A stretch of 64,000 nucleotides of DNA from Octopus vulgaris (lineage: Eukaryota). The stretch spans positions 4,526,001 to 4,590,000 of the forward strand of contig OX597830.1 in NCBI GenBank assembly GCA_951406725.2, in the 5' to 3' direction. Positions 27,436 to 40,826 of the stretch are shown here, piece by piece. Within the stretch, counting starts at the first letter, position 1, and the number at the start of each line of letters is the position of its first letter. The notes below the pieces were generated by a model, which worked only from the letters and a program-made list of their open reading frames with translations, did no database searches and was not told the DNA's origin. Position numbers and translations under genes: made by a program.

Positions 27436-28392
27436 AGCAACTCTGTGCATTGTCTCCATAAAAAATTCTTATTTGTGAAAGATTACATTGCCAATTCTAT
27501 TACATGATGCCATATCATAAGATTCACCACAGAAACAGATCAATCTGATACAAAAATAACTTCTCTGGTGACAAAACATAGTTCGACTGACTCATCCAAT
27601 CTGTTGAGAGAGAAAGAGAGAAAAAAAAAGAAGAAATCTTACTATGATGATAAATACGATAATAATATGGAGATATTTTCACCTGCCTTAAGCAGCAGGA
27701 ATATAACCAAATGTCGTGGGTGGGGGCAGGGGTGGTTTTCAATTTGGCTGCATTTAAATTGAAAACTAGAAATAAATGATAATAATCTGAAGGAATCTGA
27801 AAACTTAAGTTCAGGTTTTAAGAAAAATTTCTTTGCTTGAAGGTAAAAAATGGTTATGAAGAATCTGCTATTCCATAGAGTTAGAAAACGTTTTCTGTGT
27901 GTGCTGGCTGCTTTGAGAAATAATAAATGAAGACAGAGGCTGATAAGCTGTAATTACCTTCTCACTGTTCCCTTCTAGAGCTTCATGACACCCAAGAAAT
28001 GGTGCTACAGACACTTGCAGTGCCATTGCCACTGAGTATGTTTCTACTTTATTCAGCATTTGGCAACTTTATAGAATAGAATTACATAATGGCTGTTAGA
28101 TATAAAGGCTTTTGCTATGGTAGCGAGTTTCTAGAATGGATGAGGTTTGGGATTTTCTGCTCAAAGATGAGAAAAATAGGAGAAAAAAACACAAAAGGTG
28201 CCAAAGGATTAAAGGATGTAATGGAATAAAATTTAACATAAGAAAGAAATAAAGCATAGACCGTATAAAATAGATATACTCTATGTGTGTGTGTATCCTG
28301 TTTATGAGTATCTGCACAATAAATAATTGCATTTTTACTTGCTGTGTGTGCATGTATGTATGTATGTATGGGTGTATATGTATGTGTGTGTG

Positions 28393-28430
<38 letters not shown>

Positions 28431-29999
28431 TGTATACATATATGTACATACTAACATATATATTAATTATAACACTGAGAATAAATAAGAATTATGTTTG
28501 ATAGAAGCGATTGAAAACTGAAGGATTAAAGCATAAAGAAAGGTTGTCACATAATGTTGTTTTTCTTCTGTAGATTTACTATTTTTCCATTTAATATGTA
28601 AATATATATTTGTAACCTTTGACCCAAAAATGAACTATTTGTTTGACATTATTGATTTTATTTCCCCCATCTTAGTTCTTGGGATTCAAGCAAGAAATTA
28701 TGAGGGAATAAATTAATTATGCTGGTTATAGATAATTTGATAAATATTATTATTGATCATTATTTGGAACATGCCTTCACTGTCTAACCACCCATAAAAC
28801 CATAAAGCACAAGGTGTTAATAATTATAGCTAACGTTTGGAAATGTACAAATTTAGGTAATTAATGTTTAGCAATAACGATTTATCTACATGAATGCTGG
28901 CAGAAATAGCTAAATAATTCAAAAGGGAATTTCTTTATTGCATTTTAAAGTTAGTTTTAAGATTAAATATTTAAAAATAACATTGCATTGAGAATCTCAC
29001 AAATATTGCTGCAGTTTATAAACTTTATTGCTCACGGAAAATATATTTGTTGTCAAAATGTTGTGCAGAAAATACACCAATGGCAACTCACAACTGGCCA
29101 TTCTTTGTCCAATCAGTAAAACATCCTTTGAAGAGCTGAATGTATCCTGTGCTGCGAGAATATAAAAATGAACTTAATGAATTTATTGTCCCATATTAAA
29201 GAGGTTAAACTCATAACATCTCATTTTAGAAACTGTTTCAAAATTTTTATCAACATGTTTGTGCTTTTAAAATAATTTTGTTAAAGTAATAAATATTTAT
29301 GTTTTATTTTTTACTCATCATTGAAATCCTAATATTAATTAATAATTTGCCAACAGTGATTATGTAAATTAGTCAATTGCTGATAGGGGAATTTATTAAT
29401 CAGTGAATTGTTCCTTGCTAAATTCTGCCTACAAATTGCTGTCTTTGAATTTTCCTGAAGTCGTTTGAAACACATCTGTTTCTAATGATATGTTCCATTT
29501 CACCAGAGGAAAGATATTATCAATTAGAAGACTACTGTGGAACTACTTGGATTAAGTTTAGGTGCTGACTTTATTCTGGGAGTAGAAAGAGGAGAAAATA
29601 ATCTAGAAGGTAACATTACTTAAAATTAAAAAAACAAAAAACAATTGATATTTCTTAGCCATTTTTGGAAACTAATTTCTTGATTCTTGAAAGATTATGG
29701 CATTTTAATAAACAGATATTAACACACTTCATCTTCCAGCTTATTAAAATAACCTTAATAATTTCCACTTAAGAATCTTTTAAGAATTTTGAACTGAGAA
29801 TCCAAAAATGGCTTTATAGGAATCTTAGGAAACTAATGATATAATTAGTTAATTGTGTATACACATTAAATGAGAAAGGCATGGGCATTCAATGACAATG
29901 ATTTTATATTAGTTATTATCAACGAATGTAGTATTAGTAATGAATAGTAGTGTTTATATCTTAATATGGATATGGTTTAAAAACACTGTAAAACTGTGG

Positions 30000-30392
30000 T
30001 AGTCATCCTGAAAAAGCATCTAGCATAGATGTATAGTGCTAAAATGCTCAGAATATCAGCAGAAAACAAAATATGTCGAGCATCAGTGGTGGAACTGTCA
30101 GATCTTGTGATTTCAGCATATTTATGCTTTATCAGCAGCATATCACCATATGCTAACCAAATTTCAGCCATACTGATATATAGAAAAATAGTGACTAACC
30201 AGCTATTTGCAGCACCAGTGACTGATTAGCATTGACGAAATTTGGTTAAGTATATTGTGATAGGAGATAAATATTGTTGGTGAAGTGCAAAAAGCATTGA
30301 AATTATTTGATCTTGCAGTTCCACCACTGGTGCTGGACATGTTTCCTTTTTAGTATTATACGTCTGTATGAGATGCTTTCTCAGGACTATAC
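30000..30392. mobile_element. Old fold-back element (MITE) with long imperfect inverted repeats
   Basis: Three nested inverted blocks: cctgaaaaagcatc/gatgctttctcagg, catcagtggtggaactg/cagttccaccactggtg and taaccaaatttc/gaaatttggtta. Confidence 0.7.
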
Positions 30393-30442
30393 AATGATTT
30401 GCATTCTTAAAGTAAATCTATGTTAAGTTAAACAAAATGATA

Positions 30443-30513
30443 TAGCCTAGGGCTGACCAAAGCCTTGTGAGTGGATTTGGTAGACAGAAACCGAAAGAAG
30501 CCCATCACATATA

Positions 30514-30556
<43 letters not shown>

Positions 30557-30772
30557 GTATTTGTGTGTCTGTGTTTGTCCCCCCTCCCACCATCGCTTGA
30601 CGACCGATGTTGGTGTGTTTATGTTCCTGTAATCTAGCAGTTTGGCAAGAGACCGATACAATAAGTACAAGGCTTACAAAAAATAAGTTGTGGGGTCGAT
30701 TTGTTCGACTATATGGTGGTGCTTCCACATGGCCACAGTCAAATGACTGAAATAAGTAAAAAGGTAAAAGAA
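30443..30772 (+). mobile_element. SINE family A, 5'-truncated
   Basis: tagcctagggctgaccaaagccttgtgagtggatttggtagac...atggccacagtcaaatgactgaaa. Confidence 0.88.
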
Positions 30773-31607
30773 TATATATATTTATTAATCTGCCATTCAA
30801 ACATGGAGAAATATACATGAAATGAATGAAAGAATATTTGGATACACATATATATATGGATACAAGGGTGAGTGAAAAAGTAATGCCATTTTGTCTAGGA
30901 CAGGTACCAACACAAGAACATGTATCATGCATCAAAATGGAGAGAGGTGGCTTTGGGTCAGACAGTGAGAGGCTAAAGTGGTAGGAACAGGTGTCTTGCG
31001 CAGAGGGAATAGAGAGTCACCCCAGCAAGGGAGGGGAAAAAGGGTGGTAGAGATGAGGTTCCAAAGTGCAAAAAAGAAAGTGCATAAAGAGAGAATAGGG
31101 ACTGAAGGTCAAGGACAGTTGGATGGGTAGGTTAATAAGAATGCATGTGAAAGGTGTGAGACAGAGAAAAGAGATGAGGATAAAGATGAATGCAGTGAAT
31201 GGTGAACATGGGTGATGTAGACAATGGTTAATCTCAGTTTGGTGGGGGAAGGTAAGAGAAGTGGTAGTAGTTAGTCAGGGCAGCAGTTATCAGGCAGTAG
31301 ATATGGAGAGGATGGGAAGTGTAGGGAAGAAAAAAATGCAGTGACAGAGACTGGGATGAGAGGCATGTAAGTGGGGATACTGAAAGGGACAAAAATAAAG
31401 AGTGGCAACATCAGTGGTTGGTGTGGGAAAGGGTTTTCAGGAGAAAGGGACACTCAATGGAGGCTCAAATGATGCTTTTTACATATCACTGGCACAGGTG
31501 CCAGTCAAGTGGCATTGGCATTGGCCACACTCAAATGGTACCAGTCAGGCGGCACTGGCATCAGTCACACACAAATTATGCATTTTATGTGCCAACACAT
31601 ACACACT

Positions 31608-31666
<59 letters not shown>

Positions 31667-31667
<1 letters not shown>

Positions 31668-32137
31668 AGTAGATAAATGAATTATCTTATTACGGATAAT
31701 TCGAAAGATAACCGATACCTGGGTAGCAAAATCACAACAGAAAGAACACGGTTGAAGTTACGACCATAGGGCATATACTCCGTGCCTTAGTCCGGAAATT
31801 TGAAGTTTAATTTAATATAATAAGTATAGGAAAGAATGGAGCTGAGCGAAGATTTAACAAAATTCCTTTATTTTATTTTCGACATATGTTTCGAAGTCTG
31901 CAAAATTCCTAATTCCGAATGAATAAGGAGTCCATTATGCAGCTTTCTCTTCAGGAAAATCCAGGAACTTCTTTCGCCAACAAAATGCACAGCAAGTTTT
32001 TAGATGACTGCTCATGAGGAGCCCATAGCGATAATGATAAATAATGAGCAGAGACACCGCCCTGTCAAATTCCAAATAAAATAAAGGAATTTTGTTAAAT
32101 CTTCGCTCAGCTCCATTCTTTCTTATACTTATTATAT
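31667..32137. mobile_element. Penelope-like fold-back insertion: tail 31667-31814, 64-bp arms 31815-31878 and 32074-32137
   Basis: Inverted arms with one mismatch, (TA)n flanks, and a canonical hammerhead directly adjoining the left arm. Confidence 0.8.
31875..31960 (-). ncRNA. Canonical type I hammerhead ribozyme
   Basis: Minus strand: ATTTTC-CTGAAGA-GAAAGCTGCA...TGCAGACTTC-GAAAC-ATAT-GTC-GAAAAT. It has a 6-bp stem I, an intact core, a palindromic stem III ACATATGT and a GUC site (predicted cut between 31881 and 31880). Confidence 0.85.
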
Positions 32138-32149
32138 ATATATATATAA

Positions 32150-32340
32150 TAAGTAGAAAGAATAGCCATAACTCTTTGACTGCTATTTCTAAATTCGGTG
32201 TGTGGTGAGGCAAATCGTTGCTAAACCCTTAATTACTTAGTATTACTTAAACCTTCCTTGAATGGGGCTTTTACATGCCAAAACCTACTTGGTGAAATTA
32301 ATGATTATTCCAAATTAATTAATTTCACCCTATATTATTA
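32150..32340 (+). mobile_element. Non-inverted end fragment of the 24053/43182 PLE-like family
   Basis: ctttgactgctatttctaaattcggtgtgtgg...ctacttggtgaaatt...aattaatttcaccc is collinear with the 43560-43720 arm plus tail; flanked by (TA)n. Confidence 0.65.
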
Positions 32341-32356
32341 TATATATATATATATA

Positions 32357-32750
32357 GGCGCAGGAGTGGCTGTGTGGTAAGTAGCTTGCTAACCAACCAC
32401 ATGGTTCCGGGTTCAGTCCCACTGCGTGGCATCTTGGGCAAGTGTCTTCTACTATAGCCCCGGGCCGATCAATGCCTTGTGAGTGGATTTGTTAGAAGGA
32501 AACTGAAAGAAGCCTGTCGTATATATGTCTATATATATATGTATGTGTGTGTCTGTCCCCCTAGCATTGGTTGACAACCGATGCTAGTGTGTTTACGTCC
32601 CCGTCACTTAGCGGTTCGGCAAAGGAGACCGATAGAATAAGTACTGGACTTACAAAGAATAAGTCCCGAGGTCGATTTCCTCGACTAAAGGTGGTGCTCC
32701 AGCATGGCCGCAGTCAAATGACTGAAACAAGTAAAAGAGTAAAAGAGTAG
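32357..32750 (+). mobile_element. SINE family A, full length and young (CpGs retained)
   Basis: ggcgcaggagtggctgtgtggtaag...ccgggttcagtcccactgcg...gtgctccagcatggccgcagtcaaatgactgaaacaagtaaaagagt. Confidence 0.93.
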
Positions 32751-33314
32751 AGTATATATATATATATATATAATTATAACTTAGGGTATCTATGAGATAC
32801 TGCCATGCTGAAAATAGCAGCTATGATCTGACTCTAAAACCACCTTAAGTGTTCATATAGCAACATGGAGAGAAGACAAAAAGACAAGATAAAACTAGTA
32901 AAAAATTACTGGATAATTCCAGATCCCAGATTTCTGGCTTTGAATTTAGGAATGCAAATTTTTATATATATATATAATTGGATGTGTTTTTTATACTTGC
33001 ATTCATATTGCAAATATATTACACCTCTCCTCCAAAACACATCAGCATTATTATTATTTTCTTCTTCCAACTGTGATGACCTTCAACAGGCTGACCCATG
33101 AACCTCTGTCCCCCATCAGCTTTAGTAGATGCTGAAAGCTAATGGCTGGTAGAGATTCCCAGCAAGACAGGGTTTAAAAAGCCATCTTGGTTGCAGCCAC
33201 TTTAAGAAGAATGTATATACATATCTCTCTGTCTCTCTCTACCTATCTATCTATCTATTTGTCTATCTAGATCTATTTATCCATCCATCCATCCATCCAT
33301 CCATCCATCTATCC

Positions 33315-33363
<49 letters not shown>

Positions 33364-34402
33364 CACACATAGACAGACACACAGACAGTCACACTCACAC
33401 ATATTACCTCAATGCATCTTCTATACAAACAGAAAACCACCAAAACCTCAAAAGACAATCATAGAACACACCTATACACCTACATATATATATATATAAC
33501 CACAGTTATTTTATAATTACAATTGAACCAGTTTTAAATCCCCAAAGGTTATTAATGCATTGTATATGCTTTTGACAGTTCTCATCTAATTTGAAAAATC
33601 ATGGATTTCTTCTACTACAATCTTTTTGAACCATACAATTTTTCATCTGCAAAGATAGATTATTGGACTAAAAAATGTTATATACAAAGAGAAAGTATTT
33701 TTGGTTTAATTTGATTGTAGTCAAGTTTCCAATATTTTATGATATTCACTTTTGACTTCCCATTCGTGTTTCAAAAGATAGAAGTGTATACCAAAACATT
33801 TTTGTTTTTTGGTAATATTATTCTTTAGTTTTTCTTTTTCTTGTTTAATTAAATGTATTTCTAAAAGATTGCGGTGCCCTATCATTTGACCTTTGTTCAA
33901 CCAAACCTTGCCCCCACCCATCCACCCATACATGCTATGAGACTAGTCTCTTTACTGGTGCATGTAATAAAAGAAATGATTGGTGAGAATGTCTGTAACA
34001 GTTGTTGTTGGTGATTAACCACAGGTCAAGCCTGATTGATCAGACCAAAGATCAAAAGCATTCTAACCATGGCCATTCCAATAATTTCCTCAAACTCATA
34101 TTCAATGTGTCTTTCCTGATGGTCAAGTTGTGATTTGAAAAAGATTTGGTTGTGATTTCTTGTAAGATAAATAACCATCATCAGGTTCTCTCATTGGTTA
34201 GTGTAAATTGATGATCATAAGTTTACCCAATTAGAGTTGACCTTGGGTTAAACAAAACCACTGTCAACAACAACTACAGACAAACAGATGATGATAGTAG
34301 TAGTAGTAGCAGTGGTGGTGGTGGTGGTAATAATGTTGATAGTGTAGAGAGTAGAAATGAGATTGAATCATTTTACTCAAAACACTAAATTAATATTCTG
34401 CA

Positions 34403-34804
34403 TCAGGAGTGGCTGTGTGGTAAGTAGCTTGCTTACCAACCACATGGTTCTGGGTTCAGTCCCACTGCATTGCACCTTGGGCAGGTGTCTTCTACTATAG
34501 CCTTAGGCTGACCAAAGCCTTTTGAGTGGATTTGGTAGACGGAAACTAAAAGAAGCTCATCGTATATATGTATATATATGTATGTGTGTGTGTATATGTT
34601 TGTGTGTCTGTGTTTGTCCCGCTGTCCAACATCGCTTGACAACCGATGGTGGTGTGTTTACATCCCTGTAACTTAGCAGTTCAGCAAGAGAGACCGACAG
34701 AATAAATAATAGGTTTACAAAGAATAAGTCCAGGGGCCAATTTGCTTGACTAAAGGCAGTGCCCCAGCATGGCCACAGTCAAATGACTGAAACAAATAAA
34801 AGAA
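34403..34804 (+). mobile_element. SINE family A, full length
   Basis: Collinear with 32357-32750. Confidence 0.92.
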
Positions 34805-35997
34805 TCTATTTATTTGTTTATATGTTTGTTTATTTACTAGTTTCATTCTATATGAAACATTCAACTAAAAATACTCTCTACCCACTTGTTCTCTTGAAAC
34901 CCATTCTATCCTTTATATATTTATCTTCTTTTTAAATAAACACCAGTTCAACAGATTCAATAATTTCAATTTTCTTTTCAGTGTTATAATGAAATAATTT
35001 ATTGTCAAACCTTTGTTTGATGTTCTTGTTTAAAGTCCAGACCAGCCCTCTCCATGCACATTTATGATCATAGGCATTCCATCCATGGCCTTCTTATCTT
35101 TTTTGTCCAAACATCCATATCTAGCACTGATTTTATTGAATGTGTTTTTCATTCAAAACAGAAAAGCGTATGATCCAAGGGTGATTTACTTGCTATTTCT
35201 AGGTTGTATGACCATATACAGCCTTGAAGAAAAAAAGTTATTGAAAGAGTGGTGGGGATGTAGAGGGTTAACCATCTTGAGGAGTACACATTATCAATTA
35301 AACCCCTTCTTTCCAATAGTTATCAAATTAAGACATTACAGAGGCAACATATCATTAAAGTAAAAAAAAAATCTTAATATTCTTTAAAAATCTATAAATT
35401 AATTCAAAATGAAAACATATTTCTTGTGAGAAATCTTTGCCTTCCTCATCATCTGTCTTATCATTTTTCTTTTTTTATTTTTGCCGCCAAAGTTTTTCCT
35501 TTCCTAAAGAGATTAGAGTTAACAATTACTGATGCTACAATCGTGAACAAGAAAATACAAGTTATTAATGGACCTCATAAACTAAACAGACATTTTCATT
35601 CCTGCAACCAACCAATTGGATTCAATAAGCTCTTCTCCATTATTATTTCATCTGCTTTTTTCACTCTTCCCTTCTTTATTCTCTCATTTTTCGTGTATCA
35701 TTATTATTATTATTATTATTATTGTTACTTTACTCTTTGTCCTTGATTGTTTGTACTTTAAGCTGTTCGTATTTGTTTCCTTATTTTTATCTCAAGTTAT
35801 ATGTGATTTGTCACATTTACAATTTCATTTGAATTTTATTTAAAATATTTTATCTTCAAAACAAATTTATAAAATCCAAGGCTATTGTTATATTCATTGC
35901 CAATGATTTGCCCTAGCAACCACGTAAGACATACAGGATTATGACAAGGACACCTTTTAAACCAACAGAATCATGTACTTGTCACTTTAATGTTCTT

Positions 35998-36227
35998 AAG
36001 GTGGCCAGCTGGCAGAATCGTTAGCATGCCAGGCAAAATGCTTAGCGACAGTTCCTCTATCTTTATGTTCTGAGTTCAAATTCTGCTGAGGCTGACTTTG
36101 CTTTTCATCCTTTCAGGGTCGATAAAATAAGTACCAGTTGAACACTGAGGTTGATATAATTGACCTAACCTCGACCCCAGAATTGCTTACCTTGTACCAA
36201 AATTTGAAATCATTGTTATTATTATTA

Positions 36228-36283
<56 letters not shown>

Positions 36284-36390
36284 GGCAGTGTGCTGGCAGA
36301 ATCGTTAGCATGCCAGGTGAAATGCTTAATGGTATTTCCTCTGTCTTCGTGTTCTGAGTTCAAATTCCACCAAGGTTGATCTGGCCTTTC
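35998..36390 (+). mobile_element. Two SINE family B copies separated by (TAT)n
   Basis: aaggtggccagctggcagaatcgttagc...gttcaaattc...gactttgcttttcatcctttcagggtcgataaaataagtaccag. The central block resembles the Meta-SINE domain as I recall it. A second, partial copy is at 36282-36390. Confidence 0.8.
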
Positions 36391-36404
36391 AAAAGTGCTA
36401 AGTT

Positions 36405-36549
36405 ATAATCTTCCACCAAACCTTAGTCACAATTTATGTTCCTAACACTAGCTTAATGATAACTAAGTTATTTTACTAAATTCTTTGTAATATTTAAAAT
36501 AATTGAAAGAAACACGTAGCATCTCAAAATATATATGATAACAAAAGGG
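36405..36549. mobile_element. piggyBac-like MITE family 2, partial
   Basis: Reverse complement of the left part of 47574-47795; ends aacaaaaGGG|TTAA. Confidence 0.7.
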
Positions 36550-36709
36550 TTAAAACTGCTATAACTTTTAATTATAAAAATAGGCCTGGTTAAAAAAGTT
36601 AAAAGCTTATGAAAAAGCAATGTAACAAGACTGCCATGCACCTTATAAGTCTATATTAGAGCATTCATCTCCCACCCCACCTCATCCATTTCCCTTGCAC
36701 CCTGACATT

Positions 36710-36935
36710 ACATTTAGCGTTCACAGCATTCTATCAAAAGACATATTTATTCATTCAGATTGCTTTGAATTAATTGTGAATTATTTAACAATGAGAAGAT
36801 TTTGGTGAGATAACTGTTAAGTTTTATTTAGAATGATATTGTAGGGTTGGTGTGAGAGGCCAGATGTGGCCAATTTGAACATAAACAAATAGGATATTTT
36901 GGCCGGATATGGTCAGTTTAAATACGAAACAGTTA
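36710..36935. mobile_element. piggyBac-like MITE family 1, degenerate
   Basis: tagaatgatattgtagggttggtgtgagaggccagat...ggatatggtcagttta, homologous to 45565-45788. Confidence 0.6.
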
Positions 36936-38981
36936 AATGACAGAAACATGATTCAATTAGCATAAAAGTACATAACACCTTCTCTCTTTGTGAAGCTTCA
37001 GTCGTGTGGTTGCTACAGAATACAAAATACAATAAGTACAACAATAATTATAGAATCTTCGTTGAGATCTTAAAATATGAACATTTTTAATGTAGTCAGT
37101 TTGGTAGCATGGAATGAAGGCCATCACAAAAGATAACTAAATTTTTCATTGAGTTAACATAATGTGTTCTCTTCTGGGATTATTAATTAATCATATTTTA
37201 GATGGAAAATAGATACTGTATATTTTGAATTAGTCCACACTTTATGATGGGTTACACAATAATACTATATATATATTACTATATATATATATATATATAT
37301 ACACAGGCACATACATATAGGTGGGCTATATTCCGAGAGGAACATAATATTTTCCAATTTACCAGCTCATGTCTCTATATATAGGAATCATGGGAAGGTA
37401 CTGCTTCACAACTGTAGACAAATTACACACTCTGGAGTCATTTTATTTAAATTATTCCTTACAGAAAAAGTTTCCTTTTGTTATTATGTTGACACGGTTA
37501 ATGTTATTTTCGTGACTGTCAAAGTCAGTGGAGCACTGGACTGTATTGCAGTGGTTTGTTACATCTCTTGGTGCTTGAAATTTAGCTCCTGCTGGGCGTA
37601 AGGGACTTTCATTTTTCCGAGATTGATAAAATAAGGTCTATGGAGGATGGTCGATGTAATTTTTTTCCCCACACAAAATGTACAGTTTTGTGCCAATGTT
37701 TAAATTTAATATCTTTATTTTTGATGTGATATACATCCAATTATCTTTGACTGATCCCCTGTGGGAGATCCTCTGTGGGCAGTGATGAATTGAGGTGTTT
37801 CGGTGAGGACCCTTCACTTCAGCATAACCACATTCAATTTCTCTCTGCCCATTCCCCAATTTGTCTTACACTTAAACTGGGTTTTACAAAAGAGAATAAA
37901 TTTAAGTGATAGGAGATATATTCTAGAAAAGAACTTTGTTCCACAACAATGACCAGTGTAAGCCTGAAAGAAGGAAAATCATTTAATAACACCTCTTGTG
38001 TCTTCTTCTATAAAAATCACTTCCTGCACTTTTGTCTGTGGTCGGTCACTTTATTCCACTTTTGAGCCATGATTCTTCAAACTCTGATATTTATTTTGAA
38101 ATTAAATTCATCTTTACAGAATGCTAATTCAGGATGTATAAGTTAGCAACATGTTCACCAGTTTTCAATAAAGACTAACATTTAACTATGGAACTGTTTT
38201 GTGGCCTTAAAATCTGACGTGCAAAGTTTATTAGTATCTTGTTATTTTATTAGCACCAGTGTTACATTCAACTAATCTTAGCTTCAAACCATTATCTCTG
38301 AACATTGGGTATAAAATGGTAACACATTAGGCACTAAGAATTTAGATGAAGGAAATTACGACTGCTGATAGGAGGTAATGGTTTGATGGCTTGCATAGAA
38401 TCACTATCCTTGGCTTCTGTTTGGTGTTGGTGGAATATTTGTTGTGTAAGATATTAAGAACAAACCAGAATGTGTAGAGGGTAAGGCAGCTGTTGTTGGT
38501 GGGTGTAAAAGAAATGGAAGAGGAGGAGCTGAGAAATGATGTGGGGTGAGGGTGGAAACAAGAGAATCAAGAAGAGGATGGGGGCGGGTTTAGAAAGAAT
38601 GAGAAATGCCACATTCAGACAGAAAAGGGATGGGGGAAAACAGTCGGTGGGGGATGGGAGTGGATTATAATAATGATAGATTGCAAACAGCAGCAGCAAC
38701 AACAACAACAACAACTCTGAACAAAAAACATCTCAGCCCATGTAGTCAATAATGAATAGAAAAACAAAGAAATAGAAGAGGCAGAAACATATACGAAAAT
38801 AAAAATAGAAATGAAGGCATCTTAAACAGAGGAATAAATTCTTAAAAAGAACCAAAAACAAAAACTAAAAAAAGAGAAAGTAAAAATTGTGTCAAATTGA
38901 TAATGAAAGAGAAATAATGTTGATAGTAACGTTTTATATAGCTTTTTTCTTCAAATAGAAATATATTTATATATATATATT

Positions 38982-39575
38982 ATCATCATCATACGTCTGT
39001 TGTCCATGGCTGGCATGGGTTGGATAGTTTGAGTTGCACTGGGCTCCAGTCTGATTTGGCATGGTTTCTATGACTGCATGCCCTTCCTAATGCCAACCAC
39101 TTTACAAAGTGTGCTCAGTACTTTTACGTGGCACCAGCATGGGTGCCTTTCATGTGGCACCAGCACAGCATCTTTGCAGGCCAGTCCTCTCCACCGGGGG
39201 GGGGGGGGGACTGGCTTTAATACTTCTACTGTGGAAAATAAGTCTTCTTGAGTACAGCAAGGGGCCAGTTATCTCGGGCCTTTGTCATCTCACTTGAAAC
39301 ATTCAGTACCCTGCAGCTGTCCTTCAGTAGTTCATCCCATGTCTTCCTGGGTCTCCAACTCCCACAAGTTCCATTTATTTTGAGAGATCGGCACTTCTTT
39401 ACAGAGCCATCAGCATCCATCCACATCACATGACCAAACCAGTGCAGTCTTCTCTCCTGCACTCAGCATCTTAATTCCTCTTATGCCCAACTTCTCCCTC
39501 AGTACACTTGTCAAACAGGTACTCTTATATTACACATCCAGCACAGCATACTAGCCTTCACACCACACAACCATG
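38982..39575 (-). mobile_element. RTE-clade LINE 3' fragment plus tail
   Basis: Minus strand encodes MLCWMCNI...QERRLHWFGHVMWMDADGSVKKC...RPRKTWDELLKD...ARDNW, a typical RTE ORF C-terminus. It is followed by a family C tail ending in (GAT)n. Confidence 0.85.
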
Positions 39576-39624
39576 CCTGTATCTGTATGTGTATAAACAA
39601 TATGCAGACACACACACATATATA

Positions 39625-39664
<40 letters not shown>

Positions 39665-39708
39665 TACGTACATATACGTACATATACGTATATAAATATA
39701 CGTACATA

Positions 39709-40112
39709 GGCGCAGGAGTGGCTGTTTGGTAAGTAGCTTGGTAACCAACCACATGGTTCCGGGTTCAGTCCCACTGCGTGGCATCTTGGGCAAGTGTCTT
39801 CTGCTATAGCCCCGGGCCGACCAATGCCTTGTCAGTGGATTTGGTAGATGGAAACTGAAACAAGCCTGTCGTATATATGTATATATATATAAGTGTGTGT
39901 GAATATGTTTGTGTGTCTGTGTTTGTTCTCCTAGCATTGCTTGACAACCGTCACTTAGCGGTTCGGCAAAAGAGACCGATAGAATAAGCACTGGGCTTAC
40001 AAAGAATAAGTCCCGGGGTCAATTTGCTCGACTAAAGGCGGTGCTCCAGCATGGCCGCAGTCAAATGACTGAAACAAGTAAAAAGAGTAAAAAGAGTAAA
40101 AAGAAAAAAGAG
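39709..40112 (+). mobile_element. SINE family A, near full length
   Basis: Collinear with 32357-32750, with a short internal deletion. Confidence 0.92.
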
Positions 40113-40543
40113 TATACATAAGCAGATGTTTAAGTTTTCACACACATATAGCTTGTCTATACAAGACATATTTTTATGTACTTTATGTATACATATATTT
40201 TTGTGTGTGTAAATATAAGCATGTGTGTGTATGTGTGTGTATATTTGTTGTATATGTTTACATAGGTATATGTTTGCACGTGCTTATATTAGTCAATATA
40301 TTTGCTTTGCATGTTTATGTTTGTATGTACATAATGTGTTTTGTGTATATATGTGTATTTATTACATATTTGTATGTTTTTTTATATGAAAATAGTCTTT
40401 TTGCAAAGACATTGTATTTATTTATTGATGTAGGTGTGTCTAAAGATTGGAAAATGTTTATATATACAGGTGCATGTACACCCACACATATACATACTTT
40501 CCCTAGTGTTTAAGTATTGATTTAGCTCTAGATAGATATGTAT

Positions 40544-40584
<41 letters not shown>

Positions 40585-40826
40585 AATGAGTGTGCCAAGA
40601 CATGCATATATAAGTAGTTCTGGGTTCCACAGAAAGGTGCAAAATCAATGGGAAATTATTTTGAAAAACAAGTGCAACATATAAAAATACACACACACAT
40701 ATATATATACATACACACATACATATTCTTTTATATATATATATATAATAATATATATATAATATACATACACATATTCTTATATATATATACATACATA
40801 CGCACACACATATATATATATGTATA

